From NCBI RefSeq assembly GCF_036321535.1, contig NC_087447.1, positions 48,300,001 through 48,364,000 of the forward strand: a stretch of 64,000 nt of DNA, in the 5' to 3' direction. A program made the position numbers and the translations under genes. This DNA is from Camelus dromedarius. Lineage: Eukaryota. How positions within the stretch are numbered: position 1 is the stretch's first letter; every line of letters starts with the position of its first letter. Under the pieces are notes generated by a model, which saw only the letters and a list, made by a program, of their open reading frames with translations, made no database searches and was not told the DNA's origin. Of the stretch, positions 39,579 through 53,742 are shown one piece after another.

Positions 39579-40959
39579 CAAACTTTTTTTTTTTTAAATT
39601 TAGGAGGCACACAGGAGTGAAAATTTTAGCTGCCCAATTTTATCCAACTACCCCACAGAGAGCACAAATAACAGTCCCAACATTCTGTATGTTTCATTGT
39701 TATTTTAATTTGCATTCCCTTAATTATGAATTGACCACTTTTTCATATATTTATTGGCCACTCTTTATGTCATTTGCCCATTTTTCTAAGTGTGAATTTT
39801 TTTCTTTGTTGGTAAGAGCGCTTCTTATATAAAAGGTATTGATCCTTTGACGTGTATTTTACAGGTAGTTTTTTTCTAGCTTATTGTTTATGGTTTTTTG
39901 TTTATGGTGTCTTTGACATGCAAGATATTTAATATTTCTAGATAATAAGACTTACCAATTTATACCTGTCAGCTTATGGTGACTGCCTTTGGGATCCTGC
40001 TTGGGGCAGACCATAATTTTATGTATATTTACTTTTAGTTACTCAGCATAATGTAGAAGAGCAGGGACTCTAGAGACATGCTCACTGAATTTGACGTCAT
40101 GGATTCTAATTTTGGTTCTGCCACTTACTGTGTGACATTTGGGCAGATACTTAACCTTCCTGTACTAAAAGTTCCTTGTCCGTAAAATAAGACTAAAAAT
40201 AATATTTATCTCATACGGTCGTTATGAGGATTGAAGCAATTAGAATTGGGCGTGGAACATGGCAAGCACAATATAAGTGTCAAATAAAATTATAAATAAA
40301 GTAGTTTCTTTGAATTTTTATGTTTTACTTTTTACATTTCAAGCTTTATTTTTGTTATTTGGCTTGAAGAGGTGTCTAACTTAATTCTTTTTGAAATGAT
40401 TAGCGTGTCATACCCATAGCACTACAAAGTAATTCATCCTTTATCTCATAGACTTGAATTGTCATCTTTATCCAATATTTAGGATTGACCCATAGATCTG
40501 TCTTGTTTGTTTGGTGTGACTAAGGAATAGATCTTTATCTTTAGACTCTGTCCTGGATTTGTATCCTGGCTGTGCTATGTCACCTTGGGGAAATTACTTA
40601 ACCACCTCTGAAGCCTCAGATTTCTCATTTGAAAAATACAACAAATACTTAAAGATTTTTGAGTGGATTGTATGAGAGTAGTGTCTGTTACTTGTTTGGC
40701 ACATAATAGCTATTCAATAAATATTAGTTCTCTTTTCTCTTTTTCTTTAAATAAAAATTTGGAGGAAAGAGACAGCTAGTATGATCTGTAAACTACTTTT
40801 CAGTGTTCTGTCACTTTGGAAAAAATGAATAGTTCAGACTTAATTACTTTTTAGGTCTAGGAACTAGGGCCCCAAAGGTATGTAACACAGATAAATAACA
40901 CAATATCCCTGTCCCCTCCAGGAAGAGTTTATTAACTGAGAGGATACGAAACAGTATAT

Positions 40960-41175
40960 CAGAGTTTCTCAGCTTTGACACTATTGATCTTTTAAGATGG
41001 ATAATTCTTTTTCTGTAGGAGGCTGTTCTGTGCACTGTAGGATGTTTAGCAGCATCCCTGGCCTCTACCTACGAGTTGTCAATGGACGCCGCCCCCATTT
41101 GTGACAACTAAAAATGTTTACAAACATTGCCAAATGTCCCCCTAGGAACAGATTGCTTCTGGTTGACAACCACTA
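40960..41175. mobile_element. MER20 hAT element
   Basis: cagagtttctcagc...tgcactgtaggatgtttagcagcatccctggcctctacc...gtgacaactaaaaatg...acattgccaaatgtcccc...ggttgacaaccact. Confidence 0.8.
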
Positions 41176-42112
41176 CAATATATAAACAGAACTGAAGACC
41201 ACTAAGGGAGGAAGTGATGAACTCCTTGCGGGATTTGGGAAAACAAACCATTTATCTTTTGAAGAGTAGATCATTTTCTATAAGTTCCTTTATTGTATCT
41301 CTCATTCTCCCTGTCTCTTATTTGAGCCATTATTAGGTGATTCACCCACTTATTAATCACCTAGTATATTACAGATACTCTTCTGGTACTGGGGCTATGG
41401 ATTGAACTGTGTTGTAGAGCCTACATTCTAGGGATGTGGGACCAGAATAGAGTTGAAATTGACAGTACCCGTTGTCAGACTCAAGGACCAGGATTAGGGC
41501 AGTAGCAGTGGTCTTGAAGAAGAAAGATAGGTCTGAGAGATGTCTACTACACTAGAATGTGAATGCAGTACCTACCAGTGAGAAGCTAGGAGCAGAATGG
41601 GATTACTATGAGGATTAAATGATTCAGTATTTGAAAATGATAAAACATGGTATAAATGTTAATTGTTGTCATAATCCTTAAAATTAAAGGAACTACAATT
41701 AAGTTAATAGTCTTTTTATTGAGGAACCAAAATAAAGAAGAAAAAGTCTTAGAAAGTGTTACAGTTGACCTATATATCCCTTTAGTTCTTTCCAAACCTA
41801 TTCATTATGGCTTAATTGGCATAGAAATGTAAAGTGGAAGGTTAAATAATTAAGGCCAAAATTCCTACTTTTTCCTTAATAATTTAGGTCAAATGAGAAT
41901 CATGGTTGTTGAGAATATGACTAGGATTTATATATCTCAGTCCTACATTTCTGGAATATTTGCAACTGGGTGTTTTTTTAATCAAAAGGGGGTATTACAT
42001 ATGCATGTATATGAAAGAGACTTGGCATTCTGATAATAGCTTATTCATGAAGTGATTCCTAATATTCAAATTGTGTAAGTGAATCTTAGAATTCTCTATT
42101 ACTTACTCTAAA

Positions 42113-42114
<2 letters not shown>

Positions 42115-42150
<36 letters not shown>
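42115..42150. repeat. (AC)n microsatellite
   Basis: About 18 units, direct observation. Confidence 0.92.
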
Positions 42151-42152
<2 letters not shown>

Positions 42153-42598
42153 AAGGTTTTATAGAGGGAATGTGAAGTAGTAAATTGGAAGCACCTTTGC
42201 TTTTCATTGAATCCTTCTGGTGCATCTTGGAAGTCTTTCTTTTATGTAAGTGAATTCCCAAGAATTAGGAGAATTATTTTAATTTTAAAATAAAATAACA
42301 AAAGATGGAAACTATGGAAATGATACGGGAATAGGGAACTTTTTAGCTGAAGCAAGAGATTATAGGTAACTGCAAGAATATCTTTTTGTTTCAAGAAATA
42401 AAGGGTTTTGGCTCTAGCCTCGTTGGGAGATTGGTGATGATAACTCAGCCTTTACATGAAACACATGTCCTTTGTGTTGAGAAGCATAAACCTGAAGAAG
42501 TCTCAGAGGAGCGTGAAATGGGAGAGGTTTATAACATATTTCAAGGGAAGAAGAGCATTTCATTGTTTATAACACTGGTTGTTTTGTCTTTTGAACAG

Positions 42599-42697
42599 AT
42601 AACATGCTTGGACATTTCCAGTGGAGGAGGCCTTGGTGTGTCTTCTAGTACCGATGGGAGCATGAAAATCTGGCAGGCTTCCAACGGAGAGCTCAGA
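42599..42697 (+). CDS. PAAF1: PAAF1 exon 5 (WD40 repeat)
   Basis: aacag|ATA ... AGA|gtaaag. Encodes ITCLDISSGGGLGVSSSTDGSMKIWQASNGELR. 99 bp. Confidence 0.94.
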
Positions 42698-43346
42698 GTA
42701 AAGACTTTGGATACACTTTTAGGGCCTTACACATGAAGGGTGGTCTGAGAAACCTTAGACTACGTCATGAAAAAAACAGTGGCCCACTCTGAAAATGTAG
42801 GAACACTGCACTTCAATAGATCTTTGTTCTTCCATTTGTTAATCTGAGAACCATGCTCAAGTTTGGTGATTTGCCAGAACAAATTGGGGCTGGAACAGTG
42901 GAGGAGCCAGGCCAGTGAATGTCTGAGTGGGTGTTCCCTTGGTATGAACTGCCTTCAGTGATCCATTTCTAAGGCAGAGTATCTCGGCTGTTACACTAAC
43001 TGTATGGCTGAGTCCCCCAACCTCTGTAGAGGATTTTAAGGAGAGGTGAGTAAAAATCCTCAAGCCTCCTCAACTCCTTATATGTAGAGCTAGACTTAGT
43101 GATGACTGTGAGAGCCATGTAGTTCAAATCCATGACATCTGTAGCCAAAGCCCAGGAAAGGGAGCCAGTCAGTAGCTCTTAGTACACTACTGGTAGATAG
43201 ATGAACTAAAAGAGAGTCTCTGGATCTCTTTTGTTTTAAAACCCAGCATGTAGATTTTTCATTTAAGGGACCAAGGGTATGGGAGGTAAGAGAACATCAA
43301 GGGATGGACAAGAGAACTAGCATGGAATTTTCTTTTGTTTTTCCAG

Positions 43347-43497
43347 AGAGTATTGGAAGGACATGTGTTTGATGTGAATTGTTGCAGGTTTTTCCCATCA
43401 GGCCTTGTAGTTCTGAGTGGGGGAATGGATGCCCAGCTGAAGATCTGGTCAGCTGAAGATGCTAGCTGCGTGGTGACCTTCAAAGGTCACAAAGGAG
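43347..43497 (+). CDS. PAAF1: PAAF1 exon 6 (WD40 repeat)
   Basis: ttccag|AGA ... GGAG|gtatga. Encodes RVLEGHVFDVNCCRFFPSGLVVLSGGMDAQLKIWSAEDASCVVTFKGHKG. 151 bp. Confidence 0.95.
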
Positions 43498-44049
43498 GTA
43501 TGAAGAGTGATTTTTCCCAAAGGTTTCTCTGATAATCCCCAGAAATGAATCACCAAAAAGACAGAAACAGAAGCTAGTTATCCACAAAAACATAAATAAT
43601 TTATCCACCTGGCCAATGAACTGCTATTTCTCCAAGGATTAGCGATTCCTTTCCTACTCAGTCTTATTAATGCTATCTAGAACTAACTGCCTTACATAAA
43701 TAGTAGTCTTTCACAATTGAAAAGGGGAAAAAAAGCCTCCATAGGAGATCATTTACTTGTGTGCTGGGAAAAAAGAGAGAGGTAGGTGTGCCCACTTTTT
43801 CTCATTAGTCCTTTGGCTGAGGTGATAGTAAAAGCTGGGTGGCAAATGGCTGCATCACCAGACATCAGATAGAGCTTGGTACTGACTTTGTTTTTTTTAA
43901 ACACCTTTATTGTGTTTTGGTCCCTGTACAGTAAACTACACATATTTCAGATGTTACACTTTGATGAATTTTGATAGATGTATACACCAATGAAACCACC
44001 ACCACAATCAAGATAGCTAACATTTCCATCATTCCCCAAGAGGTGCAAT

Positions 44050-44329
44050 TTTTGAATTCCCAATTTATCCCTTCCTACCCTCTTTAACCCCTGGTAATCC
44101 TAAATTTATTCTCTATGTTGGTGAGTCTGTTTCTGTTTTGTAGATAAGTTTGTTTGTGTCCCTTTTTTTAAGATTCCACATATAAGCGATATCATGTGGC
44201 ATTTTTCTCTTCCTGGCTTACTTCACTTAGAATGACAATCTCCAGGTCCATCCGTGTTGCTGCAAATGGCTATTGTTTTTCTTTTCTTTTCTTTTCTTTA
44301 GCTATTTTTTTATGGTTGAGTAGTATTCC

Positions 44330-44370
<41 letters not shown>

Positions 44371-44990
44371 ACACAACACATCTTCTTTATCTAGTCCTCT
44401 GGCGATGGACATTTGGGTTGTTTCCATGTCTTTGCTATTGTAAATAGTGCTGCTGTGAACATTGGGGTGCATGTGCCTTTTTGAATTGTATTTTTCTCCA
44501 GATATATGCCCAGGAATGGAACTGCTAGATCATATGGTAAGTCTATTTTTAGTTTTTTAGGGCTGCACCAGTTTACATTCCTACGAAGAGTGAGTTCCTT
44601 TTTCTCCACACCCTCTCCAGCATTTATCATTTGAAGACTTTAATGATGGCCATTCTGACTGACATGTGGTGATATCTCATTGTAGTTTTGATTTGCATTT
44701 CTCTAGCAATTAGTAATGTAGAGCATCTTTTCATGTGCTTATTGGACATCTGTGTCTTCTTTGGAGAGATGTCTGTTTAGGTCTTCTGCCCATTTATTGA
44801 TTGGTTCCTTGTTTTTTTGATATTAAGCTGTATGAGCTATTTGTATATTTTGGAAATTAGTCCCTTGTTGGTCATATCATTTGCAAATTTCTCATTCTGT
44901 AGGTTGTCTCTTTGTTGATGGTATCTGTGCAAAAGCTTTTAAATTTAATTAGATCCCATTTGTTTATTTTTGCTTTTGTCTCCATTACTG
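44050..44990 (-). mobile_element. L1 3' ORF2/3'UTR fragment containing a (TG)n microsatellite (44332-44369)
   Basis: Minus-strand peptide ...[25 protein letters not shown]. Inserted in an older L1M fragment. Confidence 0.88.
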
Positions 44991-45439
44991 CAAGAGATAC
45001 TGCTGTTGATTCCTGTGGATTTAAAATCACAGTTCATATTTTTTAAATGGATTAACCATATAACCGGTTGATATCAGATTGTAGATACAGAGTGAGAACA
45101 TCTTCCCTCTGTAACTAACTGATTGGCTGGTTTGTTGGGGAAAATTAATTTAGAAATGTTTTATCTTTAATTTTTTATTTTAAAAAATGTGATAAATATG
45201 TCATTCTTACTTTTACAAGTTTGGATATTTTTGAAAATGTAATAACATCCCCAAATAATTTCTTACCTTGATCCCTCCTTTGAGACCGTAATACGCATCA
45301 TCTGTACCACTCATTTGGGAATTAATTATGTATTGCCCTATACTTATGATATTTAATCCAGTGTTTTTGCCTTGTGTACCGGACTGCATTATAAATAACT
45401 TGCTTGTAGAGATTGATTTTTAAGTTTTAATACTTTTTA

Positions 45440-45602
45440 AAAAAATATTCTATTTATTATTGTATTATTTAATTATTTTATTTTGGCAGGGTTGGAGGAG
45501 GTAACTAGGCTTGTTTATTTTTAGAGGAGGTACTGGGGATTGAACCCAGGACCTCATGTATGCTGAACATGTGCTCTACCACCTGAGCTATACCCTCCTC
45601 CC
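45440..45602 (-). mobile_element. tRNA-derived SINE (vic-1-like)
   Basis: Minus strand GGAGGGTATAGCTCAGGTGGTAGAGCAC...GGGTTCAATCCCCAGTACCTCC plus A-rich tail. Confidence 0.8.
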
Positions 45603-48600
45603 TTAATAATTCTTTATAATGGTTTGTCAGATTACATACAGATCATCTAGCAAACACACATGCTAACCTTAGCAAATAAACAGGTTTACATCTAAGACTT
45701 AGGTACATGGGTGCATTGAGAGGGAATAGAAGGGGTATTTAGAGCCTTCCTCACATTCAGCCTGAAGAACTGACAGGTCTGAGGAGTCAAAGTGGCCTCA
45801 CATTTGGGGAGTCCAGGAGCCAAAGGCATCTAGAAGAATACTGAAGGATTTACCTCAGATCTGGCCACCTTGAATGTATGAGGCACAGAGAAGCTTTCCA
45901 GTGGAACAAGACATGGCTGTGCATGTTGAACTCAACAAAATGCATATTCAGCATCAGTGCTCACTCAACTTCAGAAAACCTTTGGATTACTGCAGTATTG
46001 AGTGTACCCTCCCAAGTCTCCCAATGTTCTTCAGTTCTTGAGAACCCATGCATGTCATTTAACTTAGAGTGACTTATAGAATGTTTGTTAATCTGATTTA
46101 AGCTTTTATTCACATAGCTGTTCCATTCTTTTGGCCCTGTGAGGAAGTCCTGGGGTGGGGTGGGGGCGTCTTCAGAGTATAACAATCCTGACTCTTTTTT
46201 CCTTGAGAGTTTTGTTTTTTTTTAATTAGATTGAACAGAAATGATAATAAGCTTTAGGAGAAATTACATGAAGTCAGATCCAGACTGATGTCTGTCAGAT
46301 CTTGAATGTGCCTCTCCAGTTCTGTAAAGGAGCCTCGGGTTTGGGGTTGCCCATTCTTCCACAGTACAGAGCAAAAATCGAGATTAATCTCCAGTAATTT
46401 AGCGGCAGATGGGACACTGTCTCCACTCAAATGACTTCCAGGTTTGTTTGGCTCCTTTTTTACAATCTCTTTAGTTCTGAGTATTTGAAGCTCTTTATTA
46501 GCAGAAGTCATGAACCACATAAAAAACAATAAAGAAGTATTACCTGCATTTGTGATCTTTAGTGGTTTCACAAGTGGTGACTAAATAAGAGAAGCAGAAG
46601 ATAGTGTTGAAAGTGAACATGGACTTTCATTGCCTAGGTAAGTCTTGGCAAACAAGATATAAAAGGAAGACTGGACTGAACATAACCTGATGTTTACAGG
46701 GACACTAATAGAGTAGCTAGCTCTATATAAAGGACTATTGTAAAGGATAACCTTTTGTTAGCTTAACTAAGTCCCTGGCTTGCTTACTGCTTCTAGTGTA
46801 TGGAAACATGATAGTAAGGGAAGCAGTATAGTAGAGTGGTTAAACATAGGATTTGAAGTCATACAGATCTTGGCTTAAATCTTAATTTTTCCATTTACAA
46901 CCTGTACAACCTTGGAAGATTGCTTAACTTTTCTGAACCTCAATTTTCTCATTTGTAAAATGGGGATAGTATTAAATGAAATGGTGCATATGAGAGATTT
47001 GGCATAACCCCAGCATACAAGTGCACAATAAATGTTATTGTTCATATAAAATATAACACTAAACCTTAAACCCTGCCAGAAAAGGTGAACCTTGTGATGT
47101 TTTAGCATATTTGTCAAACTTGAAAAGCAGAAATTGTTACTTCTAATAGAATAGACATTTTGATCCTAGTTAATATGTAATTGGTCTTTTCTGACGTATT
47201 AGATACATATTTTATATTTAATTAAAGGATTAGTGTGTTCTTTACTTAATTAACAAGCAGAAGTAATAAGATTTGTGTGTTTCTAAATCTTTCTATGAAA
47301 AGATAAACTAAAAGTAGTTTTCTATTTGTAATATAGAAGTGTACTAAGTAGCTCTAAAGTGTGCTTTAATCAGTTTGAAGCTTTTTAGTTGCCCAGGCCA
47401 TTTAATTAATATTGGGGAATTTGGGGATATATATTCATAATCTTAATTCTTTGTAATAAGCACCAGATCTTTCATAATCTATGAAAACATTGTGTCCAAA
47501 TTAAACATCATTTCAGTTGATTGGTGAGTTTCTTTGCTCATCACGGTAGGAAAGATGCTTACATTTTAGAATAATTTTAAGAAACCAAGTTACATTTTTG
47601 GCACTTGGGTCATTCTTTTCAAACTATTATATACTTGTTTTGAAATAGGATATGTTACCTCCAAGTAATAGTAGACACTTCAAGGCTCGTTATTCTCTGA
47701 GATCTGAGTAAACTTCTTAAAAACATGCCTAGAAATATGAAATGTGCTGTTTCTTACTAATACTTATTTCAGTTGTAGTTTCATCTAACATTATTTTTAT
47801 TTCCCAGACTTTGGCTAGGATGTTTATATGTGATTCAGCTGAATCTTTTTTCTTGAGGGCAGATTTTTTTTGTCTTGATTTATATGTTGAGGACTTCATG
47901 TCTGTTTGGTTTGTTATCAAAGTCTTTGCCGTCTGATAGGTCTTAGTTATGTATGGCTGCTGCTCTTACAAGTGCATTCCTGCTACTTTCACAGCCTCTT
48001 CTTAAAGTAATTCCTCGAAAGTTCCCACACCTGTAAGGCCCCTCTTTCTTTTATTCTTGTCATCTAAGAGTCAAGAGACCCACACTAGATGCCACTGTGT
48101 TGTGATTGACATTTTATTAGAAACAGGGTGATAATTTTCCACTCTACTTTCATAAAAAAGGAAAACTTTCTAGGTGGCAGCTCTTTACCAAGTATTACTT
48201 GAAATTTGTACACAGTTAATACCTTCCAGAACTACCTAGCCACAACTGTAGCAACCTGCCTTGGGTACATATTTTTCAGAACTTCTTTTTTTTTTTTTTA
48301 AAGCTTGCATCACTTAGATGGAACTGAACAACATTTTAAAATAGAAGTTGCAACTTTCCAATAAAGACATAAACAGATCATTAATTGCTTAATAAGAGCT
48401 GAAGGCCCTTCCTAATGTTCCTATTGTTGATTCTTTAAGATTCTTAAAAGATCTGAGATCCTTCTCTAGCGAGAATGCTGAATGTTTTATGGAGATAGAG
48501 TGGAAAGGTGGGTTTTCTAAACTCAAATTACTTTACAATTACGAAATATGTTGTAAATAAGAAACACAAAATAGTAACAAAACATGTTGCTTCCTTAGAT

Positions 48601-50808
48601 CTGCTTCTGAGGAAAAGACTACTTTTAAAACCTTATCTATAGTGGTCTTTGTTCAGTGGGTATATAGTTACAAGGGTTACATTTTATTTTTCCAACAACT
48701 ATAATCAGCTATAGAAATTGGATTTAGTTTTTATTTTAAATTGGAAATATTTGGAAGCTTACGCTATGAATTATGTCCCACCTGAGTTGTCTCTAATCAC
48801 ATTTTCTCAAATAGGCCCTAAAATTGGCTACTTTTAAAACTTGGGGCATTTTTAATAAACTCATCTTTTTCTGGAAAAGGCTTTCAAAAATGAAATTTCC
48901 AGTCATATTTTTGAGGCTTATGGTTAATTACATGGGTAATCCATCACTTGTACCTTATGATGAATTGTTGCAGCATTTCTGTCAGGATTTATATATCTGA
49001 AGTCATGTCATGTTGAAGGGAAGGGGAGCAACCCAAAGAGCACTAATTCACTGAGTAACCTTTGGTCAGGTACTCTTGTGTTTGGCCAGGTAGTCTTATT
49101 ACTCAGCCTGCAAGTATTTATTGGGTACCTATAATAGGATTACTAAATGGGTTTTAATAAAACAAACCCTTCCTGTATCACCATTGGGTCCTACTACCTT
49201 TCTACTCTACAGTCCTATGTTATCACACACATACCCCCGTATTATATAGCTCTTTATGTCCATGACTAGCTCTGCCTTTTTGTGCTGTGTGCTCTTGAGG
49301 CCAGGGACCATAACAAATAGTCAGACAACAGGTAATAAGGGGCTTCAAAAGTTATAAAATCTGTGGACATTTTGGATCTTATTTGATCTTTTTTAGCAGT
49401 CTCTGGTTGAGGTATGGTGTAGGGACATGGGAAATGTGTGTGCTCAGCTTCCTGCTGGGCTCCTCTAACACTGCTCTGGCAAAAGTGGAGCACTGGCTTA
49501 CGTTACCTTTTTGCAGGCAGATGAGGTAGAAGCTGAGCTTTCCTTTGACCCTGCTGACTCCTTCCTGGTGATAGTGAGGCACCAATTTGCATCACCTCAA
49601 CTTGCACCACTTCCTTGCCTCCAAATGGGCTTGTAAGCTCTGTTCCCTGCTGACTGACACCAGGGGAGGGGTTGGGGAAAGCAGAGTGCTATTTCCTGCT
49701 CCCACATGTTCTGCGTCTTTTCCTCTGTTGCTGCTGGCTGAGGGTAAAGGCTCAGCTCTCCACTGGACCCCAGTGACAGTACCCCTCTGGCCTGTTCAGC
49801 ATCACTGGATGGTGGGAATTGAAGTGCTGCCTCCTCCTTCCCTAGGGGGTGGGGTAGAAGATCACTTCCTATTCAGCCCCACTGAAACTTTGGGGGAGGG
49901 CAGGTAGCAGTTTTTTATGTTGCTGTTTGAGTAAAATGGATATTGTCAGGAAGTTTTTCTGAGCCAAAAATTAACACAACATTGTAAATCAACTATACTT
50001 AAGTTTAAAAAAAAAGGTTTTCTGTTAAGTCACCCTTTTCTCAGTCTTCTGCATAGGAGCAACAAAACTTTCTTGGCAGTTTTTTTTTTTTTTAAATACC
50101 TGTTTTTTTAGTAGATGTTGTTTTTTCATCAGTTCTGTGTTGGAGGCTTCTGCAGTGTTGCAGTGTCCTATCCTGGATATATGGGAGGCAGTAAGGAAAG
50201 CCAGGGAACTCACTGCCCTGTTGTTCTTCAAGTCCTGCGGTCTCTAAGTGGGCTGCCTTCTTTACATCTTTCAGCTTTCTGATGCTGGTTTGTTGTCTAA
50301 TGTCCAGGTTTTTTTAAGTTGTAAGGGGAAGGACTGGGAGGAATGGGGCTATTCCATATTGGCCAAACCAGAGGTACATCCTTTTTTTTTCACAATGGGT
50401 AGACTTACCCTTTCAGTTAATTCTCAATGGAAGCAGCAGGATCTTTTAAGACAGTGATTTTCAAACTGAACTCTCTAAGATATCTACTTAATTTTTGTTT
50501 AAAAAACAGATTTTAAAGCCAAAATGAAAACTTGAAAACCACTGCTCTAGAATACTCCACTAAAAATTAAATACAAAGCTTCTTTTCCATGTTTGTCTCT
50601 CATATTTAGTTTTTGAACCATTGGGAAGCAAGTGTCCTGTTCCATTTATTTCTGTTTTTCTGGCACTTGAATGTGCCCAACATGTAGTACATATCCAGTA
50701 CTTGATTGTGAAGGAATAGTCATTTATGCAGGTCCTTCTTCTCTGCCCTTGTAGTTCCTTTACTGCCTACTCCATCTTAGGGTCTTTTTTTCTTTCCCCT
50801 CTTTCCAG

Positions 50809-51003
50809 GTATCCTGGATACAGCCATTGTTGATCGGGGGAGGAACGTGGTATCTGGTTCTCGAGATGGAACAGCGCGCCTTTGGGATTGTGGGCGCTCA
50901 GCCTGCCTGGGAGTCATTGCAGACTGTGGTTCTTCCATCAATGGAGTGGCTGTGGGTGCTGCAGACAACTCTATAAACCTCGGCTCCCCTGAACAGATGC
51001 CTA
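50809..51003 (+). CDS. PAAF1: PAAF1 exon 7 (WD40 repeat)
   Basis: ttccag|GTATC ... CCTA|gtaagt. Encodes (G)ILDTAIVDRGRNVVSGSRDGTARLWDCGRSACLGVIADCGSSINGVAVGAADNSINLGSPEQMP. 195 bp. Confidence 0.95.
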
Positions 51004-51704
51004 GTAAGTTGACAACAATATATGAACTTATTTTGTTCCCTTAGACTCCTTCAGTGTTTGCCTTAGTCTCTCCTTTTCTTCCTCGTTCTTTCTGTTTTAT
51101 AGCTGGTATTTCTATTTTCACCATAAGATTAATATTTATTACATACATATGTTTCTGTTGCTTTGGAACCTACAAAGGAAGTATATCTCATAGTTACTGC
51201 ATTTGAGTAAGTACAATCTAATTTAGCAGATGAAACTAATGCCTGTAAAACAGAGAACAATAAAATTTAGCGAAAATAACTTAGTGCAATATATAATAGT
51301 TTTTTGGAGGAAGAGAGTGTTTCAGGTTAGTATAGATGAGAAAGGTGTCACGAAAGAAGTTGACTTGAACTTGGAAGGATGGATTCAAGTTGAACAGACA
51401 AGAATGGGAAGGATGGGAGAACAGGAACTAGGGCAGGGGTGGAGGTAGGGACAATTCACATTAAAACAGTATGCAGGTGAAATTGACTATTGGGTAAAGA
51501 TATGTTTGGTTGGGCCAGAGGTTGGAGTAAGAGTAGTAGGGCGAAATAGGTGAGTAGAATGATAGCTCTAGTGAGTCAGAAAGATAAAGGTCCTAATAAG
51601 GCAACTTGCATTTTTTTCTTATTTTCCTCTGATTATAACATACTTGCTTCTCATTTCACAGGACTATTTTTCTACCATCATCTTTGCTTCTCCCATTTTT
51701 TAAA

Positions 51705-52365
51705 AAATAAACTTTATTTTTCAAGCAGTTATGTCCACATAAAACTGAGCAAAAAGTACAGAGTTCTTAAATACCCTCTACCCCAACACCCATACACCCT
51801 ACCCTATCATCAACATCCCCAGCAGAGTGGTATATTTATTATAGTTGATAAAGCTATCTCGACACATCATTATCACTCAAAGTTCGTTGTTTACATTAGG
51901 ATTCATTCTTGGAGTTGTACATTCTATGGGTTTGGACAAATGTATAATGACACATATCTATCATTATAGCACCATGCAGGAGTTTCACTGCCTGAAAAAT
52001 CCTCTGTGCTCCACCAATTAGTTCCTTCGTCTCCTATAACCCTTGGCAACTACTGATATTTTTACTGTTTTCATGGTTTTGCCTTTTCTAGAATGTTGCA
52101 GTTGAAATCATGAACTATGTAGCCTTTTCGGATTGGCTTCTTTCACTTAATAATATGCATTTAAGGTTCCTCCATGTCTTTTCATGCCTTGATAACTAAT
52201 TTCTTTTTAACATTGAACAATCTTCTATTGTCTGGGTGTACCTCAGTTTATTTATTCATTCATCTACTGAAGGACATCTTGGAGGTTTCCAAGTTTGGAC
52301 AACTATGAATAAAGCTTCTGTAAATATCCCTGTGCAGGTGTTTGTGTGGATATATGTTTTTGGAT
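51705..52365 (-). mobile_element. L1M (MB/MC-type) 3'UTR fragment
   Basis: aaactgagcaaaaagtacagagttc...cagagtggtatatt...acatcattatcactcaaagttc...tacattctatgggtttggacaaatgtataatgac. Confidence 0.75.
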
Positions 52366-53557
52366 TAATTTTGCCTCTCACTTTTGACACACTGTGGTAC
52401 TCTCCTCAGACTCTTAAACTTCCCATGTAGAATGCACTGTAGTCCAAGAACTAAAATTGTTGTTGATTACCACATGTTCCCTGGCACCTCTTTGGGAATT
52501 AATGGATTAATAGGAAGAGTCTATTTCCCAAAGTGTGATACATGTGCAGTTAGTGCTAAGCAAGATCATTTCAGGCAGTACACATTTTTAATAGTTCTAT
52601 ATTAATACACACATTTCACTTCAAACCTAACATTTCACAGATACTACTTAAAATAAGGTTGAGTTTCTAAAAATTAGTTGGTTCAAAGTAATTTAATTGA
52701 AAATATTCTTGTTTTCTCTATTTCCTCACTTCCTACTTACTCTTCAACACATCCTAGGATGGTTTGTGCTCCAGCTGCTTAACAACAGCTGCTGTTGTCA
52801 AGGTTACCAGTGAGTCCATGTTGCCTAATCCAGTGTTACTTCTCTGTGCTTGTCTTTCCGAGTTTTCAACAGGGTTCATCATAGTAAACTCTTCTCTTCA
52901 GAACACTTTTCTTTCTTGGCTTCTGTAATATCACACTGCAGTGCTTTTCTTCCTATCACATTGGCTGCTGGTTTTTAGTCTCCTTTTATAAGTCTCCTTT
53001 GTTCTACCTTTAAATATTGGAGGGCCCTCAGCTCTACAGTTTTTCCCTAGGTGATCTCCTTATTTCCATGACTTTAAACATTGTATTTAAGCTGGTGATT
53101 TCCAAAGGTATATCTAAAGCATAGAGATCTCACTTGCATTTCAGACTCTATTTAGATATGTGATAGACAGCTTGAACTTACCTTGTTTAGCATGGAGTGT
53201 TTGATTTCCCCCCACCCCAAGTCTGTTTTTTCCCCATCTCAGTAAATGGCACCACCATCTCCTTGCTTAGCCTAAAGCCTCAGATTGATTCAAGATCCAC
53301 CCCAACCTTTTCTCACGTTCACATCTGCAAAGTCTGTCTTCTTTACCTTCAAAATGTTTCTCACTTTTCCACCTCACCCTCTCCTTCCAGCTCTCCCTTC
53401 CTCCTACCAGAATCCTGATCTAATCTATTTTTCTGTTGCCTGCACTCTTCTATAATCCATTCTCCTCAGAGGAACCATCATGGTCATTTAAAAAATATAA
53501 ATCAAGTCATAGGAATCTCCTGTGTCCCTACTCTTCTCCAGTGACCTCCTTTTGTAC

Positions 53558-53742
53558 ATACATTTGGCTCTCCATATCCATGGGTTCCACATCTGGAACA
53601 CAGTCCACAGTTGGTTGAATCTGCTGATGTGGAACCCTCAGATATGGAGGGCCAACTGTGGGAACTCAAGCATTCACAGATTTTTGTATCTGCAGTGGGC
53701 CCTGGAAGAAGTCCCCTGTGGACACCAAGGGATAGATATATA
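53558..53742. mobile_element. Tigger/MER2-like TcMar non-autonomous element within an L2 fragment
   Basis: ggctctccatatccatgggttccacatc...ttggttgaatctgctgatgtggaaccctcagatatggagggccaactg, with internal inverted similarity. Confidence 0.6.

Noticed and set aside
46254..46571. 105-aa minus-strand ORF and a CPICR-like peptide in another frame, in a repeat-poor part of PAAF1 intron 6
   Set aside because: No recognisable homology, no rest of a RING motif, and no splice or TSD/polyA support. Could still be conserved non-coding DNA, but that cannot be shown from this sequence.
48954..49012. ATGATGA...CTGA box C/D snoRNA-like spacing (similar case at ~874-925)
   Set aside because: Only about 55 nt, weak terminal stem, no evident C'/D' boxes or rRNA guide. 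Expected by chance in AT-rich introns.
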